Assembly: GCA_039680575.1 (NCBI GenBank)
Contig: JBDKSP010000022.1
Coordinates: forward strand, 1-48,845
Source: Armatimonadota bacterium
Lineage (GTDB): Bacteria > Armatimonadota > UBA5829 > DTLH01
DNA: 48,845 nucleotides
Reading direction: 5' to 3'
How positions within the stretch are numbered: position 1 is the stretch's first letter; each line of letters opens with the position of its first letter. A model generated the notes under the pieces. The model was not told where the DNA came from, made no database searches, and saw only the letters and a program-made list of their open reading frames with translations. Made by a program: the position numbers and the translations under genes. Below are positions 45,359 to 48,845 of the stretch, piece after piece.

Positions 45359-47032
45359 TTGACCTATCAGGACCAAAAATGCGTTTGCCGCGACTGCGAA
45401 CAGGAGTTCATCTTCAGTGCGCAGCTTCAACAACTGTTTGCGGCGAAGCACTACAACCCGCCGACTCGATGCCCGAAGTGCCACGAGGCGCGAAACCACA
45501 GGCGCAGACACAGCAGGGGCGGCGACAGCAAAATAAATACTGCGCCGTGCTCGATTTGCGGCAAGGATGCACAACTGCCTTTCAAGCCTAACCCCCAAAA
45601 GCCTATTTATTGTGAAGAGTGCTTCAAGAGTCAGGCAGCTTTAAAGGCCGAGCCCGCAGCGAAGCAGTTCGCCCTGCGAAAGCAGGAGAAAAACCAGCAA
45701 TGCGCTGGCGAATCTGCCGGTACGGTATCATTTACCAAGTTTAAGCTGGATCAACGGATTCATCGTGCAATCGAGGATGCCGGGTACGAAACCCCCACCC
45801 CCGTTCAGACCGCTGCAATTCCATTGGCGCTCGAGGGACGCGACCTTATCGGCACAGCCCAGACCGGAACCGGCAAAACCGCTGCGTTCGTGCTGCCGAT
45901 ACTCCAGCATCTGCTTGCCAACCCAGTCAAAAAGCGCTGCACCCGAGCGATTGTGATCACACCGACCAGAGAGCTTGCGGAACAGATCAATGATGCGTTC
46001 AAGCAGCTGGGTAAATTCACTAAAATCAAATCTGCGACTGTCTACGGTGGGGTTGGAATGAAACCTCAGGAGCAGGCGCTCCGCGGTGGGGCTGATGTGA
46101 TTGTCGCCTGCCCCGGCAGGCTGCTCGACCATATGGACCGAGGCAACACAGACTTCTCTCATGTAGCGAAGCTTGTTCTGGATGAGGCCGACCGGATGTT
46201 GGACATGGGATTCCTGCCGCCGATCAAACGCATACTTGCGGAACTGCCGAGCGAACGCCACAGCATGCTCTTTTCAGCCACATTTGCGCAGGAACTGACG
46301 CAACTCGCGATGAGCACGCTGAAGAACCCTCAGCGTATCGACGTAGGTATGTGCTTGCCGCCAAAGACCATCGCGCATTCTCTATATCCGTGCCCTTCAC
46401 ACCTGAAGACCTCGCTGCTGCTAAAGTTGCTCGAACAAACGGATACAAATTCTGTTCTGATCTTCACTCGCACAAAGCGCCGCGCGAATAACCTGGTTCA
46501 AAAGATCAAGGAGGCAGGATATGGAACCGCTGTACTGCATTCCAATAAGTCGCAGAACCAGAGACAGCTTGCGCTTGAAGATTTCCGCTTAGGCCGATGC
46601 CAGGTATTAGTTGCCACCGATATCGCAGCCCGAGGGCTGGATGTTGCGACCATATCGCACGTCATGAACTACGACATCCCCGACACAGCCGACACTTACA
46701 CCCACCGGATCGGCCGCACGGGCAGGATGGAGCGTGAGGGCGATGCGATTACTTTTGTGACTCCACTTGACGCTGGAATCGTCTTCAGCATTGAGAAGGC
46801 GCTGGGCGCTCCTATCGAGCGGCGCAGGTTGGATGATTTCGACTATAAGGCCCCCGCGCCGCCCAGAGAGCGTGATACGAAGCCGCAGCGCAGGCCGCAA
46901 ACAGGATCGGCGCAGGCGAGACCACCTTATAAAGCTCGTCCACAAGCTGATATAAAAGCAAAAGCAGCGAGAGTTCAAAGCTACTTTGCAGAGCAGCGCA
47001 ACGCCAGGGCAAAGTTATCCGGCGGTTACTGA
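45359..47032 (+). CDS. DEAD-box RNA helicase (RhlE-like) with N-terminal zinc-ribbon and CxxC-x17-CxxC domains
   Basis: Q motif, AQTGTGKT, PTRELA, DEAD, SAT, ARGLD and HRIGRTGR; N-terminal CRDC..RCPKC and CSIC-x17-CEEC; TTG start with AGGAG SD. Confidence 0.93.
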   Translation: MTYQDQKCVCRDCEQEFIFSAQLQQLFAAKHYNPPTRCPKCHEARNHRRRHSRGGDSKINTAPCSICGKDAQLPFKPNPQKPIYCEECFKSQAALKAEPAAKQFALRKQEKNQQCAGESAGTVSFTKFKLDQRIHRAIEDAGYETPTPVQTAAIPLALEGRDLIGTAQTGTGKTAAFVLPILQHLLANPVKKRCTRAIVITPTRELAEQINDAFKQLGKFTKIKSATVYGGVGMKPQEQALRGGADVIVACPGRLLDHMDRGNTDFSHVAKLVLDEADRMLDMGFLPPIKRILAELPSERHSMLFSATFAQELTQLAMSTLKNPQRIDVGMCLPPKTIAHSLYPCPSHLKTSLLLKLLEQTDTNSVLIFTRTKRRANNLVQKIKEAGYGTAVLHSNKSQNQRQLALEDFRLGRCQVLVATDIAARGLDVATISHVMNYDIPDTADTYTHRIGRTGRMEREGDAITFVTPLDAGIVFSIEKALGAPIERRRLDDFDYKAPAPPRERDTKPQRRPQTGSAQARPPYKARPQADIKAKAARVQSYFAEQRNARAKLSGGY

Positions 47033-47062
47033 TCTCTTTTGAAATCATGTTGAAGAAATACT

Positions 47063-47102
47063 CAGGCAGGCTTTAGCGCGTCTTTACGCTGAAGTCTGCC
47101 TG
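47063..47102. terminator. Hairpin between convergent genes
   Basis: CAGGCAGGCTTTAGCG / CGCTGAAGTCTGCCTG 16-bp stem with G-U pairs. Confidence 0.65.
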
Positions 47103-47108
47103 CTCGGT

Positions 47109-47771
47109 CTACCGTACAGCGAAGCACACGTCGTTGACAGTTTCAACTACCGTCCTGTTTTTCGACAGAACCACCGAGTTGATCGCACAGTTTTTCTGCT
47201 CTATCTGTTTGTATCTGCCGACTGCTATTCCCATCCAGTGGCAGATTAGCACTCGGTTTACGCTCCTGTGTGCTACCACCGCAATCGTCTGTCCCGGATG
47301 CAGCGCAGCGATCCTGGCTATTGCAGCCGATGCGCGGTCCCTGAGCTCGCCGAAAGTCTCTCCGCCCGGTATTCGGATATTTTCCGGGTCTGCAGCCCAG
47401 GCTCGGAAGAAATCCTCTCCGTAAGCCTTCTTAACTTCGTCTATACTGAGACCTTCCCACTCCCCATAGTTGATTTCCCTGAGCTCCGGCTCGATATTTA
47501 CGCTCAACCCGTGTGGTTCGGCTATGATCTCCGCAGTACGCCTTGCGCGGATGAGATCGCTCGAATATACAGCGCTGATGACTGCATTTTCCAGGCGTCC
47601 CGCCACCATTTCAGCTTCTTTTACACCCTGCTCGTCCAGCGGTAGATCGGTCCACCCGGCGTATGCTGATTTTGCGTTCCACTCAACTCTGCCGTGCCGT
47701 ACGAGGAGGATACGGGCAGCCTCACCACTGGCGGGTGAACTCCAGAACGTGGCTGTACTGCTACTCTTCAA
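47109..47771 (-). CDS. Histidine phosphatase family protein (CobC/PGM-like)
   Basis: LVRHG..WN, G.TD.PL, SSDL.RA..TA, LRE..YG.WEG, PGGE and VVAH motifs. Confidence 0.92.
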   Translation of the reverse strand: MKSSSTATFWSSPASGEAARILLVRHGRVEWNAKSAYAGWTDLPLDEQGVKEAEMVAGRLENAVISAVYSSDLIRARRTAEIIAEPHGLSVNIEPELREINYGEWEGLSIDEVKKAYGEDFFRAWAADPENIRIPGGETFGELRDRASAAIARIAALHPGQTIAVVAHRSVNRVLICHWMGIAVGRYKQIEQKNCAINSVVLSKNRTVVETVNDVCFAVR

Positions 47772-48666
47772 TATCTTTTATGTCCTCCGGTTTAGGTAAA
47801 TCCTCGTTCTGGGCAGCGGAAGGCTTGATGCTTCCGGCTATCTGCATAACCAGCGCCTTGCTATCATCGACTGACTTGCCCGATGTATCGACGCAGTTTA
47901 TCATCCACAAATGCCGCCCCTCGATCATCTGTATACGGTGAACAACCCGGTTTGCCGAAGGCAGCCCAGCCGTAGTCACAAACGCCGCGCGTCCGCTGAC
48001 ACTCGTCTGCTGCCAGTCCGCCAGATAAGGGGTGCTTTTAAGAAAACTCTCCGGTGTATGCTCCTTTTTGAGCAGTCTGTGCCTTATGTTGACGACGTAT
48101 ACTGCCTGCGCTACCGGGTCCGTAGAGAGGACCAGCCAATAACCTTCGTCCCAGTCTTTTGAAACACTGCCGGACTGGTCTTTTACGGTCCATTCCGCCG
48201 GATATTCCATGCTGACCTTGTGCTCCCTGCTCGAATATCGCTCCATTTGAGGTTTCGAAACGGCATCCGGTCCGGCTGAGGGTATTTTCGGTTCATTATT
48301 AACGATGAGTGTTACTTTCCCTGTCTCAATTTCCTGGTTATCGGGACCTAAGGCCTTCCATACCGCGGAATGCTCGCCATCGGAGGCTCCGATGCTGTCC
48401 CATTCGACACTGTACGGCCGGCGCTCACATTTGCCGATTTCTTTATCATCCACATAGAAAACGACCGACGATGGCTTAATTCCAGAAGGAGGAAGTGCGA
48501 TAAGAGTCAATTTACCTGCCGCGGGACGTTTCGATGGCTGTATCCCTCGCGAAATGGTGATGACCCGTTTAGAAGTTTTTTGGAACGGTGCCGGGTTGGA
48601 CGGCTCTGCTAAAGCAGTAGATACCAACGCAAATAATACCGCGATAATTGCCGCAAATCTATACAT
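47761..48666 (-). CDS. Secreted protein with bacterial Ig-like domain and PsbP-like domain
   Basis: Signal peptide; V.FYVDD..IG....PY...WD.....DG.H (Ig-like); ..MEYP.EW (PsbP-like); GGAGGT SD. Confidence 0.7.
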   Translation of the reverse strand: MYRFAAIIAVLFALVSTALAEPSNPAPFQKTSKRVITISRGIQPSKRPAAGKLTLIALPPSGIKPSSVVFYVDDKEIGKCERRPYSVEWDSIGASDGEHSAVWKALGPDNQEIETGKVTLIVNNEPKIPSAGPDAVSKPQMERYSSREHKVSMEYPAEWTVKDQSGSVSKDWDEGYWLVLSTDPVAQAVYVVNIRHRLLKKEHTPESFLKSTPYLADWQQTSVSGRAAFVTTAGLPSANRVVHRIQMIEGRHLWMINCVDTSGKSVDDSKALVMQIAGSIKPSAAQNEDLPKPEDIKDIEE

Positions 48667-48708
48667 CAGATATACCTCCGAAGCTCATATACAAGCAGTA
48701 TTAATGAG

Positions 48709-48717
48709 ATTATACCA
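48709..48717 (-). promoter_or_regulatory. Extended -10 promoter
   Basis: TGGTATAAT on the minus strand, the same motif as in both tRNA promoters. Confidence 0.55.
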
Positions 48718-48845
48718 GATGCAGGGCGAACGCACTGAAATTTGTTTTATGACAATTGCATGCGCGGAGTGACATTTATTACAGATAGGTACTTTATGCA
48801 TTGATGTCGAAGTAGTCAGTATATCATCTTGGAGGTATGTATATT

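Noticed and set aside
48831..48845. GGAGGT-ATG at the window end as a CDS start
   Set aside because: Probably the SD of a gene beginning beyond the window; too little sequence to call

Overview
Bacterial chromosomal window, most likely from an Armatimonadota genome. This assignment is an inference from the C-terminal 'FY(I/V)E..DR.SGI.V' domains and the solute-binding-protein/permease fusion; no rRNA is present to confirm it. From left to right: the 5' end of an IS630-like transposase, missed by the ORF track and lying just upstream of an epimerase-GT2-GT-C glycosylation trio; a 2124-aa secreted five-module beta-helix protein and a convergent S8 protease that share a C-terminal domain; a GT2; tRNA-Arg(CCG); an RsbU-like phosphatase; peptidase MA; a small Cys-rich protein; a TPR protein with an NHLP-leader-like tail; a Gfo/Idh/MocA oxidoreductase; Nif3; a GH106-like hydrolase; a small gene split by an in-frame TAG; pmbA/tldD; fic; an Xaa-Pro peptidase; aroQ; a Trm112-like protein; wzt/wzm; rodA; an M16 peptidase pair; leuACDB; an SBP-permease fusion; tRNA-Ala(CGC); a PH-repeat membrane protein; a zinc-ribbon-DEAD-box helicase fusion; a histidine phosphatase; and a secreted Ig/PsbP-like protein. 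No CRISPR array, integrase or prophage was seen. The intergenic spacers hold many different short palindromic or tandem repeat families, some bracketed by direct or inverted repeats. The best leads are the shared C-terminal domain (candidate lineage-specific sorting or anchoring signal), the repeat-bounded cassettes at 24.1-24.7 kb and 29.9-30.1 kb, the amber-split gene, the TPR-NHLP-like fusion, and the zinc-ribbon helicase with an SD-sequestering leader. All family calls come from motif recognition by eye; no database search was run.
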